In this document: positions 1-12,600 of the stretch, piece by piece
How positions within the stretch are numbered: position 1 is the first letter of the stretch
Layout: each line of letters begins with the position of its first letter
Origin: Styela clava
Taxonomy: Eukaryota
Assembly (NCBI RefSeq): GCF_964204865.1
Contig: NC_135252.1
Coordinates: 9,238,001 to 9,302,000 of the forward strand
DNA: 64,000 nucleotides
Direction: 5' to 3'
Made by a program: the position numbers and the translations under genes
The notes under the pieces: model-generated
The model's input: only the letters and a program-made list of their open reading frames with translations
What the model was told of the DNA's origin: nothing
Databases searched by the model: none

Positions 1-56
1 TTATAAACGAAATGCATATTTTTTTCTGAATATAATATTTTCTTCTGCTAACATAC

Positions 57-3000
57 TTGGTTGTGGATTGCTTTTATTTGTATAAACAGTATTTGGGTTT
101 GCATACTCGTTTGTTTCGTATTCATCATAAACCATTGCATTATTTGTATATCCAGCTCCTTGTTCCTAAGGATAAATAAATTCTGCATTATAAATCAATA
201 CAAAAATGATAATATTCGGTAAAACACTGTGAATTTTATTGTTACTACGGGGAACGTAAGGGACACACATTTTTGCGAACTTACACTGGCTCTCTCTTGA
301 ATATATTGTTGCATACAATACAAATTGTATTTTATCGTATTTAATACAGCGTAATATAATTCTTCATTGCTTTTTTGAATAATGTTCAATATTTTCTGTT
401 GTAACATTAAATGTTGATAGTATATTGGTTGTTAATTATAGTCAGTAGCAGAAACCAACCAGGAGTCGCAAACGTTTAGAGGGCTGGAGTAATGTATAAC
501 GTGAGGTGACCGTACATTTGAACCCATGTACATTTGAACCCATGCGTATATCCACGGGTTCAATCTATATGCGAATGCTAAAACCCATGGGTTAGGGTTA
601 GTATGGGTTTAACTATCCGTGAAACAAAAAAAATTCCATAGGTGCAATAGCATACAGGTGCAATTGTCATGGGTTCAAATGTACGTGGGTTCAAATGTAA
701 TGGAACCATAACGTGACACCACATCCCTTGATTATCATCACAAAGTAGGCAGATTTGGTTTGTCAATATAAAGTATATATACTGGTAATTGTAAATATAA
801 ATTTGCTGCCCTACTGCCAACAAAAAATGTCAATAAGAACACCTTATCATGTTGTTGATCGGATCCATGGAGTTCAAATGTTGTATCGATGGGAATTCTC
901 TTTCTTTTACTCATTCTCGACCACCATGTTAATCTATACAGCTATGAAAATAATGTGTAATAGGAAAATAACGGAAAGACGATTTCTAATGGTATAAGTA
1001 TGCTCATACTAAAATAAATAACAAAAATCTGATATCACAAATATCGAATATATTTAAATATACTATGTACCAAGTTACTTTTAAAGTTAATTGATATAAA
1101 TTTTGTCTATTGAAACTCGATGTTCAAATACCTCGATCATTTTATGGGGATGCGTGCTGATGACAAATGCGGTGTATCGATGCAGACCATTGAATATACG
1201 CAACTGAAGATTATAGTGTTGTTAAAACCCCGAAATAGAATGCTTTTATGTTATTTGCCGACGGTGGTCGTGGCTTTATTGGTTTGAACGCTAAATTTGG
1301 TATTTCAAAGTCTTCAAACAAGCATTTTATGTTTTTTTTTATTATTATTTAAATAATTTCCTGACTCAATTTGAACTATCGGCAAACTTATGCTAATTCA
1401 GTATTGCCGCTTTGCCTTAAAAAATTTAGTTACATCAAAATTACTTACGTGTTTATTTGGTATTGGTGGAGTGCATAGGCTCACAACAATTGCAATAAAT
1501 AAAGTGCATGCTGCAAGAATCAAAGCGAAATAGAGGTAGTGAACCTGAAAAAGTTCATCCTAGTTAAAGTCAGTAACCTAACAACTTACACTAAGAATGC
1601 AACTTTTGATTAATCTAATATTGGGAAGATTTGCCTTCACATTTTTGTCGTGCCACCAGTTTTTATAAATCAAATCATTAGGTGATTTTGTCATTCTACA
1701 ATATATTGCAATTTGCCAGATGCCGACTTGCATAATGGTATAATGGTGTTTTCAGTTCTTGTATGCAAGTGTTTTGAACCGAATTCGTATCTCTTAAATG
1801 CGTCTACATAAAAAGTTTTATCACGACATAGCAGAAATTTCAGAACAACAAAACAGATGATTTATCGAACCTTTCCAACAATAGCCGGCCTAGTATCTTC
1901 CTTGCCACAAGCTGGAGGTGAGTAGACAAAATCTAATATCATTCGAGTTACACCGATAATCATTCCGATCACCAGCGACCAGAAAGCGCCCTGAAGGGAA
2001 AAAAAAGACTTGAATTATTTTTCTTCTTCTTTTTATCATTCAACAGAAAAAACAATGAATGAACGTTTGTAGAAAGCAACGGTTATAGAACTAAATTAAT
2101 TCTATTCTTCAGCATTATAAAATAGGATGAATAATCAGAATTAAAATAAAGAATGGAAAGATAGATTTATAAACTTGACTTCAAACAAAATTCACTTACC
2201 GGTTCATTTAACCGCGACCAAAATATTGCAGTAATGAATATAACAGCAATAGGTGGTCCGAGATAGCTGGTGATTGACTGAATATAGTCGAATAGTTGCC
2301 CGCTTGCTGCTGCTTGAACGATGGGTACCCATGCAATACTCACACCAACCATCACTAGAATGAATATTCTGAATAGAAATTGTCAAAAGTTTAATTTAAC
2401 ATTAGCAAGTTGAAACATTACCGTCAGCTAGCATTCGACGTTTGAGGTATATAGTTTACCTGCATCAAACAAAATAGAATTAGCGAGAGATTTTATAGGA
2501 CTAATTTTGTTATTTTAGTAAGATTTTACTGTTGTTTTTCAAATGAATTATATGAGAACAGTTAATTTAGTCTTCCTTAGAATTATAAACCGTCATACCT
2601 TGTTTTTAATTACCCCAGTAAGAATAGGTGGTCCATGGAAATAATAAGATTATTATAATAAGATCCCAATAAGAGAGTAGACGCGGAAAATGGATTCCAA
2701 TTTTGAGAAGCATTTCCCGATGCATGCACAAAAACGCCATTTTGATGCAGGCTGCTTTCGGACATATCGTTAAACACCCCTTTACCGTTAATTTCAGTAG
2801 TAGACGATCATACCTTCCCACAATCATTAGTTCTCGCTGTGAGGCATGTTTACGAATCCTCGTCCACACATCACAAGTGAAAAGAGTCGAAGCACTATTG
2901 AAGACTGATGTTAACGAAGACATCAAAGCTGCCATCATTACAGCAAGCAGTAGCCCTGAACAGTAAGAGTTTATTCCGCAAATAGTTGGACGAATTCTTT

Positions 3001-6000
3001 CATTTTATTTCAAAAGGTGAGAGACCGTTTCACATATGACAGACAATTTGAGCTGCAGCAACTTCTGTTAGAACCTGGTGAGTGTAACCAGTCATAGAGT
3101 GTAACCAGTAATCCTAACCGGTTCGCTGATCTCATAACATTCCGTGAGACGGTTCTATAGAACCGATGCGAACCGACTAAATTCCACCACGGGTTATATG
3201 TATATCTAGTATTCAAAATATTTCATTGAACAATTATCACACTTTTTTTAGTTTAAAAAAAAAATAGATGTGAGCGACACAAACCTCGTGCTCCTGTAGG
3301 CATAATCTCCAAAACGAGTTTAGGATAAGCAACATTGGTACATCCGACTGTTGTTCCACAATATTTCATACATTCCTCCGGAAGAACACAACCCACTGCG
3401 TCTGAAAAGTAGGATGAAGTCAATAACTGTGTTCTGAGTAAACTGAGTGAGTAAAAAGTAATCATAAGTTTTATTCTTACCAGTAAAAATAATTCGACTG
3501 ATCATTCCAACCATAACCATCATATACATTGGCATTGCTTTGAGCAAGCCCGCCATAACACAACCTCCTTTAGCATGGGATAAATTTTCTGCCGCTAATG
3601 TACGCTGGACGATGACCTGAATAATAAGTAGAGAATTTTTGTTTTTTTTATTAATTTATATATGGAATCGCGACAGTTAGTCTCAGAAAAATACCGACAA
3701 CTTCAAAATCCGGAAAAAAAAGGCCAGAATAATGACAAAATTTAAATAAAGATTTTTTTCGTTCTAATTACCAAAAGTATGCAGATTGAATAAGTAGCAT
3801 TACCTGATCTGTGCACCAATACCAGGTAGCCAGTATGGTCAGACCAAATGTTAGTCCAGGCCATGGAAGGTCTCCTGTAACTGGGTCTCTGAACACATGA
3901 AATGAATCTGCTCTCGGCTCGCCACATGTTGTGTTTTCCGGCCTCAGTGCAGGTATCGCCTGCATGTATTTTGGTTCAAGCTGATCATAACCGCCAATTC
4001 TATCGAAAGCTGAAAATTCGTATTTGACGCATTTAAAGCCTACATAAAACTCTAGATATGAAATTGTAACATATGTATTCAGTAATATTGCCCTGCTTCC
4101 CATAGAAAAATTATTCCGAACACGTAACACTTGGCTTTAAATTTAAAAAAATCTGTCAGTAGTATAGTGCCAGGACTTACATAACACCATCATTACAATC
4201 GCTCCTCCCGTCATAACAAAAGTCTGAGCAGTGTCCGTATATATGACAGCAGCCAAGCCACCAGTGACTGTATATAAAGCAGTAATTGACAAAAGTAGCA
4301 CCATAGCAAGATACAAATTCCAGCCCAGAGCTTCTTGGATGAAAATTGCTCCGGCGAATAAGTCAGCCTGTAGAAACATACTAGCAAATAATTGATAAAA
4401 CAAGCCGGTAGGCGACCAGGATCTCCGCTGATAGTTGAGGCGCTCAACCAAGCAACCGGTTGCCAATGCCATGCATAGAAACTTGAGGATCTTCGACAGC
4501 GGCGCGATTAAGTAAGTGAGCGGGTTGCCAAAAAGGCCAGTTCATTCAGGAGCTGTGCGTTTTGTAGACATACTCGCGTGACTGATATACTGTGGCTAAA
4601 AATGAAAAATAAAAACGAATGTTCACTGAAAATCTCTAAGGCGTCTCTTGTTTATGGAGTATTAAGACCAAAGATGACTCGCTGGAAGAAGTATTTTCCC
4701 ATGCGAGAGGTAGCGTTCTAGGAGTTTCAATATTCGATTTAGTTAACAAGAAAATGGCGAAATAATATAAGAAAATGGGGAAATGTTACGGACCGGCGCG
4801 TTTTTTCGTTGCTACCATGGAAACGAAACATCGATCCTAAATTTATTTAAAACGCATAATATCAGGGTGACAGGATAACCCACGCGAAGAATTTCATCCA
4901 GATCTGTTCAGCCATCTGGGCTCTACAGTAGGACAGACAGCTAGACATACTGAACGACCGATAATAAGGGTGTCCTATAGCGGAGATACAATAATGTTGA
5001 CGTGCCGATTGTATATTTAAAGGTTTACGATGTGTGAAAACAAATCCTAAAAATCAAAAACTTGGAATCGGGGAAAATGTGGGCCTACAATCGATTCCAA
5101 CTCCGGCTCCTGATGGCAGGTGATGCGCCTCCCGGAGAAATCAAATTTAGATAATAAAAAAATTTTTGGTGCGTGCATGCCTCTTTTTTTGGAAACTATT
5201 AAAAACGCCTAATGAACGTGTATTTTTTTAATTTTTGAATAAGTCTTCCTGGAATAATTAAAAATTTTCACTCCCGACCATACTAATTTTTTGGACCAAG
5301 TCTATAAGACTATTACAGTTCAATAGCATACGTTGCTTTATACCCCTTGTTTTGGTAAAACTTGGTTCCACAGCAGAGCTAACTTCTTCAGCTTACTTTT
5401 CAAGGAAAATGAAAGAGCTTTGCATTAAAAAGTATTTTTGAATAGTTGAATTTATGCGACAACGCGTATTACTATTTTTTTTTTGTTCACGGTATGATTT
5501 TTTCATTAAATCTCTGTGGAATATTCCACGAAAAAGAGAATTCAATTTGATTCAATTCATCCAATTTGATGATCGCGCTTTAAAACTTATTCATAAGAAA
5601 TGAACGTACCGATATCTTTGTGAATATGTAAAGCAGGAGCGACAAAACTGATAAATACAGCTGTATTCTTTGCCCTCCGAATCTTGCTTTTAAATATTCA
5701 GGCATCGTGACAACACCAGCAGCAATGTAAACAGGTGCAAATATCCATCCGAGAAAGAAAAGCGTGAGCATCGCCTGAGAGCAAGAAGTAAATATTATTC
5801 ATCTAATTGGAAGATAATCGGAAATGGTTTTTACGTTCTGTCGATCTTCCGGTATCTTTTTCCGGTAATTGAAATTGTGAGAAGTTTGCTTATTTTTAAA
5901 TATATATATATTGCTTTTCTGATTTCTTTTATTGCATTGCTGCAATTTTTTGGGTGTATTTGCTATTTCGATTGTTATGTCAGAGACAGAGTAATCAAAG

Positions 6001-6731
6001 TGCATTCTCCTAACTATTTACAATCTCAATGTAAACAAAGAAAAGAAAAAATCTTTGTAAGTCTAATGACACTGATTCAGAACATATGAACATTTTTTTG
6101 CGCAACAATATTGGTTAGTTTTAGATTTTCATACTTATTAAACACTTGAGTTAAATAACTTTCACTTTTATAGTGGCATAGATCGTACTAGGAAAAGATA
6201 TATCAAAGACAATGCCTACATTCCATTCGAATGCACCGACAGCGATTCCTGCTGCTGCTCCTGTTCCTGCTAATCCAACGAAATGTCCACTTCCGATGTT
6301 ACTGCTGAACAATGATGCCCCAACGGGAAACCACGTGATATCCCGACCAGCGAGAAAGAATCCGTCGACATTTCCGCGATTCGTTCTGCACATTGCCTAA
6401 AAATGATCGTTTGGTGAAGGATATAAAATGAATGGAGTGAAATATCTTATCGGTATTCGATTCGACATGCAAAAAATCAGGTCAGTTTCAGCTGAGAAAA
6501 ATAGCGCACAGAAAGGTGGATGCGGGTTTTAATGAAGATGCCCTGACAACTAGAAATTGACAATCAAACAACAATAACCCAATAAAATTGAATGCTCACC
6601 CATATTCCAACGGCTAAAATGAATGCAAAATAAACACCGATGACAACAAAATCCCACGTTTCTAGGTTCACGTCCGGTAACAGGGCTGCCGTTGTTTCAG
6701 CTTCGTTACTCGCCGTTGTCATTGACGCCAT
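57..6731 (-). CDS. Sodium/solute symporter, SLC5A sodium-glucose cotransporter subfamily (SGLT1/4/5-like); 3' end lies beyond the left edge
   Basis: Hand-spliced exons with GT-AG borders: 6731-6600, 6396-6220, 5774-5610, 4367-4181, 4009-3804, 3616-3481, 3401-3285, 2955-2814, 2368-2200, 1990-1871, 1544-1449, 941-843, 165-57. They give SGLT hallmark motifs [96 protein letters not shown] and LYRLTW. The exact vertebrate ortholog (SLC5A1/9/10/11) cannot be assigned by eye. Confidence 0.95.
505..707. mobile_element. MITE with GG-terminated TIRs and 9-bp TSD (Merlin- or Mutator-like)
   Basis: Left end GGTGACCGTACATTTGAACCCATGTACATTTGAACCCATG is inverted to right end CATGGGTTCAAATGTACGTGGGTTCAAATGTAATGGAACC; exact flanking direct repeat ATAACGTGA at 496-504 and 708-716; internal GGGTTAGGGTTAG. 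Confidence 0.85.
4399..4995 (+). mobile_element. Non-autonomous Helentron-associated element (DINE-1/HINE-like) in SLC5A intron 3
   Basis: Starts AACAAG followed by a short GC-rich stem-loop (CCGGT..ACCAGG); subterminal inverted repeat ATCTCCGCT (4421-4429) / AGCGGAGAT (4979-4987); GACA-type microsatellite remnant near 4930; A/T-rich ends and no TSD. This is the DINE-1 layout. Confidence 0.6.
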
Positions 6732-9681
6732 GTCGTCCGTAGAGTATTTCAATAGGCTATAGTATAATTAGATAATATGAACAGTACAGAAAACTTAGTG
6801 GAACAAGAAATAAGTTTGATTGAATTTTTGTGTAATGGATTTTGATATACACTATACAATTGTTCTCCTTGTTAAACTTTGCTGGTAGGGTATGAATCGT
6901 CTTGTTTGGAATCCGAATAACGTTTTCTCGACTTCTTTCAATTTCAATGTGCGACTACCGCGCCCACAAATATGCTCATCTAAAATCCGGATCCAGTCGG
7001 ATCTGTAGTTGTGTTATACAAACCGGCAAGAAAATAGTTTGAGTCAAATTTATCCCAATTCAATTGCCGATTTTATTGCTTTAACGATATACTTTTCCGA
7101 TAACCGGACCAGGCCTATTTGTAGTATTCAAACAGGCTTCTGTTTATTAGGTTTGCTGACTTTTGATAGAATTTTGAAATTTTAAACACTGTGATTGTTT
7201 GATTATCGTTTTACGTCTGAATTGTTCTATTATACATAAAATTGCACCTAAACTTTGACAAAAGAATTTTTTTATTGAATATTGGTCTGTGCAAACACTG
7301 CCATGAATGTAGTTTTAGACGAAGGTGTCGACGTTTTGTATTACATGAGTAAATCTATCAGAGCATAGCATTTAATCGTGTTCTTTCATTCAAATATCCA
7401 AAGATATCACTGTTTGCTGAGTGGCCTGTGCCCTCACGTCTCAACAATATACTGTATAGAAAAAAAAAGAAAAATAAGGCTATTTCTATGGCAATGGACT
7501 TTCCTCCCTCCCTGCAACATATTGACATATATTTCAACTCAAATATAGGAAACTGTCAGTGAGTTTATAAGTTATCCAACCGGATACCTAGCACTTCGAT
7601 TAGATGGGTGCATTGAAGTGGACATTTATTACGCGGTCTCACAAATACAAACACTTGACGTCATAGTATAAAATGTGGCTGGCGTCATAAACCCTTTCGA
7701 AGGTAATATTAAATGTCCATGATCTGCTAGATATTCATCGAATATTACTAGATGACGTAACAAGTTTATTTCACAGCAGGCCATTTCCATGCAGTCGTAG
7801 TAGTACTGTCCACTTTTTATTCTGAAATACAGTACACCTAAAAATCATTACGTATTTCAAAACATTTTTTTACCACAAATTCCAACCACTGAAAAAAAAC
7901 GAAACTGTGTCGTTGTTGACACGCTGATGTAATATCTGCAGTAGTACCACCTCCTACTTACTCCAAGCTAGAATACTGACAGCAGCCCATGAATTCAGTC
8001 AATATTTAGTGGAGTTGTTAATTCCACCCATCCATTGTTCGTAGTCCTTGATCAATGGTTGTAACTTTTTTGTGAATTTCACTAAAAGGTAGACCGCAGT
8101 TTTATCGTTTATTGGATGTTATACAATGAACAAAATGTATTCTCCCACATGTAACAACTAGGGAAGGGCAATTCAAAATACGAGGGATTCATACCCCAAA
8201 GTACTGTATCCGATAACGGAATTCGGTTTCTGTTTTTACGGCACCATGCGTCGAATCGTCCTTGTTAGACTATGCTTGCTCGCAAAGGACACGTTAAAAC
8301 GGAAGACATCAAACACGATTAATATCAGCCAGCGAGTTCCATCCAATTAGCATATACTAATAATTATTGGAGCCGCGAGCAACGTAATGGCCGTGCATCT
8401 AATTAATTTTAAGCGAGTGTGCTTTAGTACAATGTGCACTCTGACAATATTAGTTATCAATGCCGTTTGATATATATTTTTGTACCCTACCGCTTACTAT
8501 TGAAGCGTACAATGGGCTCTAATTCGGCATATCAGTATTTAGGGATTACATAATTTATTTGAAATCTAGGTGAAAAAATAGAATATTGTAAAAAATATTA
8601 AATATCACCCTGGGTAACTATTGTTTGATATCAAATAAAATCCAATACACGCATTTCAATTAACTACAAAATCACTAAAACATTTACAATTTTGCTTCTT
8701 GAAAATTTTAATCTAGTAATAAATAGGGTGGTAGAATTCCTATTGATGTATAACCATAAAAACTGAATGGGATTCGGAATGCTGGATCCGATTTAAGCAT
8801 TCCAGAATAGTAAATTATTCTGAATTGCCCATCTCTACTAATATATATTAAGCGTCAGAATTGTAGTTTGCATCTCTTTGCCCTTTTTCTCCAGCCAAAA
8901 ATCACCAGACACAAGCCAGAAACTTATTTAAAATCCCACTGGACAAAACAACTACTTGAGAAAAATCTAAAAAGTATAATTTAGAAATGATAATAAACAA
9001 GATTTTGCAAAAAGTTTTACTCATTTGACTAAGCAACATAACTACGATCGTCATAATTAGCACTGCTAATTACCAAATCTGATTTCAAGATACGAAAACC
9101 AAGAAAAAAAATAATGTGAAAAACAAATGTTGCTGGATTTCTCACATCAGTGTAGTTTACCAAACCCGGTGGCTGGTCTACCATCACGATCAATCATTGT
9201 CAAAGAATCTGGAAAGATTACCGAATCCTTTTTTACTTCTGATATTAACTCAATATTAATTTAACTGAATCAATGTATTTTAGAGAGACAATGGCAATAA
9301 GATCAAATTTTTTGACTAAAGCAATAAGGTGCAAAAAATTGGATATATAGAACTAGATTAGTGTCCAAATTGAAGATGCAACACTCGTCTGCCGTGAGAG
9401 TCAACATGAACATAATAAAGCAATACGTTACAAAACGTGGTGATGACGGTTAAAGCAAGAATACGTCCAGCGCAAGTCTTTTGTCATACCAAGAAGCAAC
9501 AAAAACACAATGCATACATAAATGAGTGGAAAAAAAAATGAGGTGGAAAAATAAGAATTTAACAAAATATTACATTTACACAAAGGAAGCTACTTATCAA
9601 ATCCAAAATATTGATAGATAAAGAAAATTGAGCACAGGCATCTTTAGAAATGTTATAAAGTTTCTCCACGCTTCCACTGTG

Positions 9682-12600
9682 CTATTCACTCAAATTTGCA
9701 ACAGTTATTGTAGAACTGGTCGATTTTTTACTAACACTGCTGCCATTTGAAGCTTCTGCAGTATGTTTTCGCTTGTTTGTTCGTGATGATACATTGCTTT
9801 TAGTTGATAATCCTTCAAATTCGTTTTCTAAAATTATTATTAAAATGAAAAGCTAGGTTTGGAAATAGCATCTTTGGAAAATATCAATAGTTGTTGAATG
9901 GAGTAGGGTCAAAGCATCATTCCAAGCTTTAAGGTTTTCGAAAAGCTTGGAATTGCCGATAGAAAATTCTGTGACTCAAATCACAAAACAATATTTCTAA
10001 TCCCTTTCATTTCAGTAACAATTGCATCAATATATTGTTCCGATCAGGTAAAATTTTTGGTACTCCCGTAGTGTGTGTACCAGGGGCGGGTTAGGACATA
10101 ATTTCATTCTGATTTTTCTTATTTTAGTTCTATTACGAGTTCGGGGACTGTCCGTGTTAGCCCATACGTTTCATTCCCTTTACACATCTTGATGTAACGT
10201 AGGTGAACAAAATTAGATACCTCCATATTGGTACACACACTTCTGGAGCACCAAATTTTGTACTTACCACTTTCAGTCTCAGTTTTTATTCGAATTAATT
10301 CTGGTGGTCGCCGTTCTGATTCACTAGTTGATCTGAATGGAAAAATTAAAATTGAGCCATTTCGTTCTTATTTATCCCATTTGATGCTTTTTCCATTACT
10401 GACCCTTTAAAATCGATTGAAACAATTCGTGGAGGTGATAGACCAGATGACTGGCTAGGTGTCGGCTTTTCAATTCCTGTGACGTCGTAGTTTTTGTCAC
10501 CATTCACACTGTTTTGAGAAGATGAATCGCTTGATGAATTTGGTCGTGACCATTGTGTAGAAGAGTTTGGTAAAGATTGGAGATTACCAAAAGATATATT
10601 GTGAGCTTTAGCAAGATCTGAATATAAAGAAATTCAAGCGATTACGTCATTTCATTGAAGCCTATAGTAATAACATACGAGTGACAACTTGTGCTTAATC
10701 ATGTTGCTATGTGATCATTATCAAGCACAAAAGAGTGAACCAAATTATGACAATTTTTTCCCAGCACTGTTGCTCAATACAATCCCCATTTCCTTTCATT
10801 GACTTCAGCCGATAGTTTTACTTCAACCGCACTCCACTTGACGAAAATTATACCAGATTTTACTATATGCTCACTCGTGAGTGAGTTTACTGCCATCAAG
10901 TAGTTACTCATGACCTTGACTCAATTTTTTTTCGTTTATATAATAATAATATGCACAATGTAACAATAGGGGTCATTATGACATTATTTTCATTGATATT
11001 TTAAACAGAAATTTATATCCATAAAAACTATAGTCATAGTTTCAGCAGACGCAAGTGGGCCGGATAAGACACTTCGATGGGTCGTAATTTGGCCACCACT
11101 GGCTTAGATAAACATGAGACTAAACAAAACATATAAACTATTAACCTGCCAATTCTGATGAAAACGTAGTTGATTCCATTTGTACCGAAGATGAAGATCG
11201 CTGTAATTTAAATAGAAAATTACACAAATATAATTGCCATCAGGCATAAGATAATCCAGTAAATGTATACCACAGGAAACCAACGATTGTTTGGTATTTT
11301 GATTTGAATAGAATCATATATATTATTCTGGCATTAAATATATACAGTGACAGCAAACCCTTTTCCAAGGTAATCAAACCAGACATTCAAAAATAAAAAC
11401 TATAAGAATAAGGCTAACAGTAAATATACTCAATTTCTCACAAAATCAAGATCCCAAGATAACTCATTTATGATGCTGCTTTGCTGCCATTATAGGGTTA
11501 CCCCAATAAATAAACCTAAAGCTGTACCATTATCACACAACCTTAACTATGTTTCAGTGTGATTTAGGCATGATTGAACTTTTTTTGCAAAAATATTTAA
11601 AAAATAAAAAACATGGAGGTTATGTAATAATATACTTCTCTGTTTTCATTTTGCAATTTCTCCGATAGTTCGTTTTTTTCTTGTAATAAAAGTATTTCTT
11701 CTTTTGCAAGTTTTGCTAGTATATTCTGAAAATAATATTGTACTTTCATTTTTTAACTAGTTAAATAAATTTGTTTGATAGGGAGGTACCAAATATGGGT
11801 TAAGATTTGCATTATTCCTCGACCTTACAAAACATCAAAAACCATATTTAGAAGAAGAAAATTAAAGGGGATAAAGAGACAATTCGCTGGAAAAATTGAT
11901 AAAATAAATCTAGCAAACATAACAAATCTGAATAGACAATGTACATATGTACAACGAAGCACACTAAACAGCACAAAATTCAAATTATATAAAGCACCAC
12001 AGATGGTCATTTGTATACCTTTACTGCTTAATAGAATACCGCTATTTCCTTTATTTGCATGGCCTGTAATTTCAATACCATCCTGAACTAATAAATGAGA
12101 ACAACCTTGCAAACCGCACATAAAAATTAACTTCATCTAATAACCTAAAAAATACCAGCAAGAGCAAAACTGTGGGAGATTCCAACTATCTGCATTCAAA
12201 AACGATATTTGAGACAGGAAACAGATGACAAACATACATATGCTCAATTTACAACTAATAAGGAAGTCTTAAATTCTTACACAACTATGGTGAGGCATGC
12301 TGAAAAAATATGGTTGCTTGTCAAATGCTTGGTCTATACACGACATGTTTCGTAAACTATATTGATTACCCTGCGTGCTGTATGGTAATAGATATACAGT
12401 ATCAGTGTTTTTACTGAAAAGTAGAATGGCTCGTATTATATTTGAGCATTGGTCCCATGCTAGAGTGTATACTGTATAGCACTGCATATTGATACCTGTT
12501 TATTAAATAACGCCCAAACCTGTCTACCACTCATGTTTTGTTTCAGGTCTTTCCAAATGAGCAAATTGATCTCTTTGGCTGCACCACTGCTCTAACCTGG

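Noticed and set aside
195-407. 70-aa ORF as an SLC5A exon
   Set aside because: Exons 941-843 and 165-57 already join in frame; the ORF has no SLC5-like sequence and no clear acceptor.
588-601. Interstitial telomere
   Set aside because: Only about two TTAGGG units, inside a MITE.
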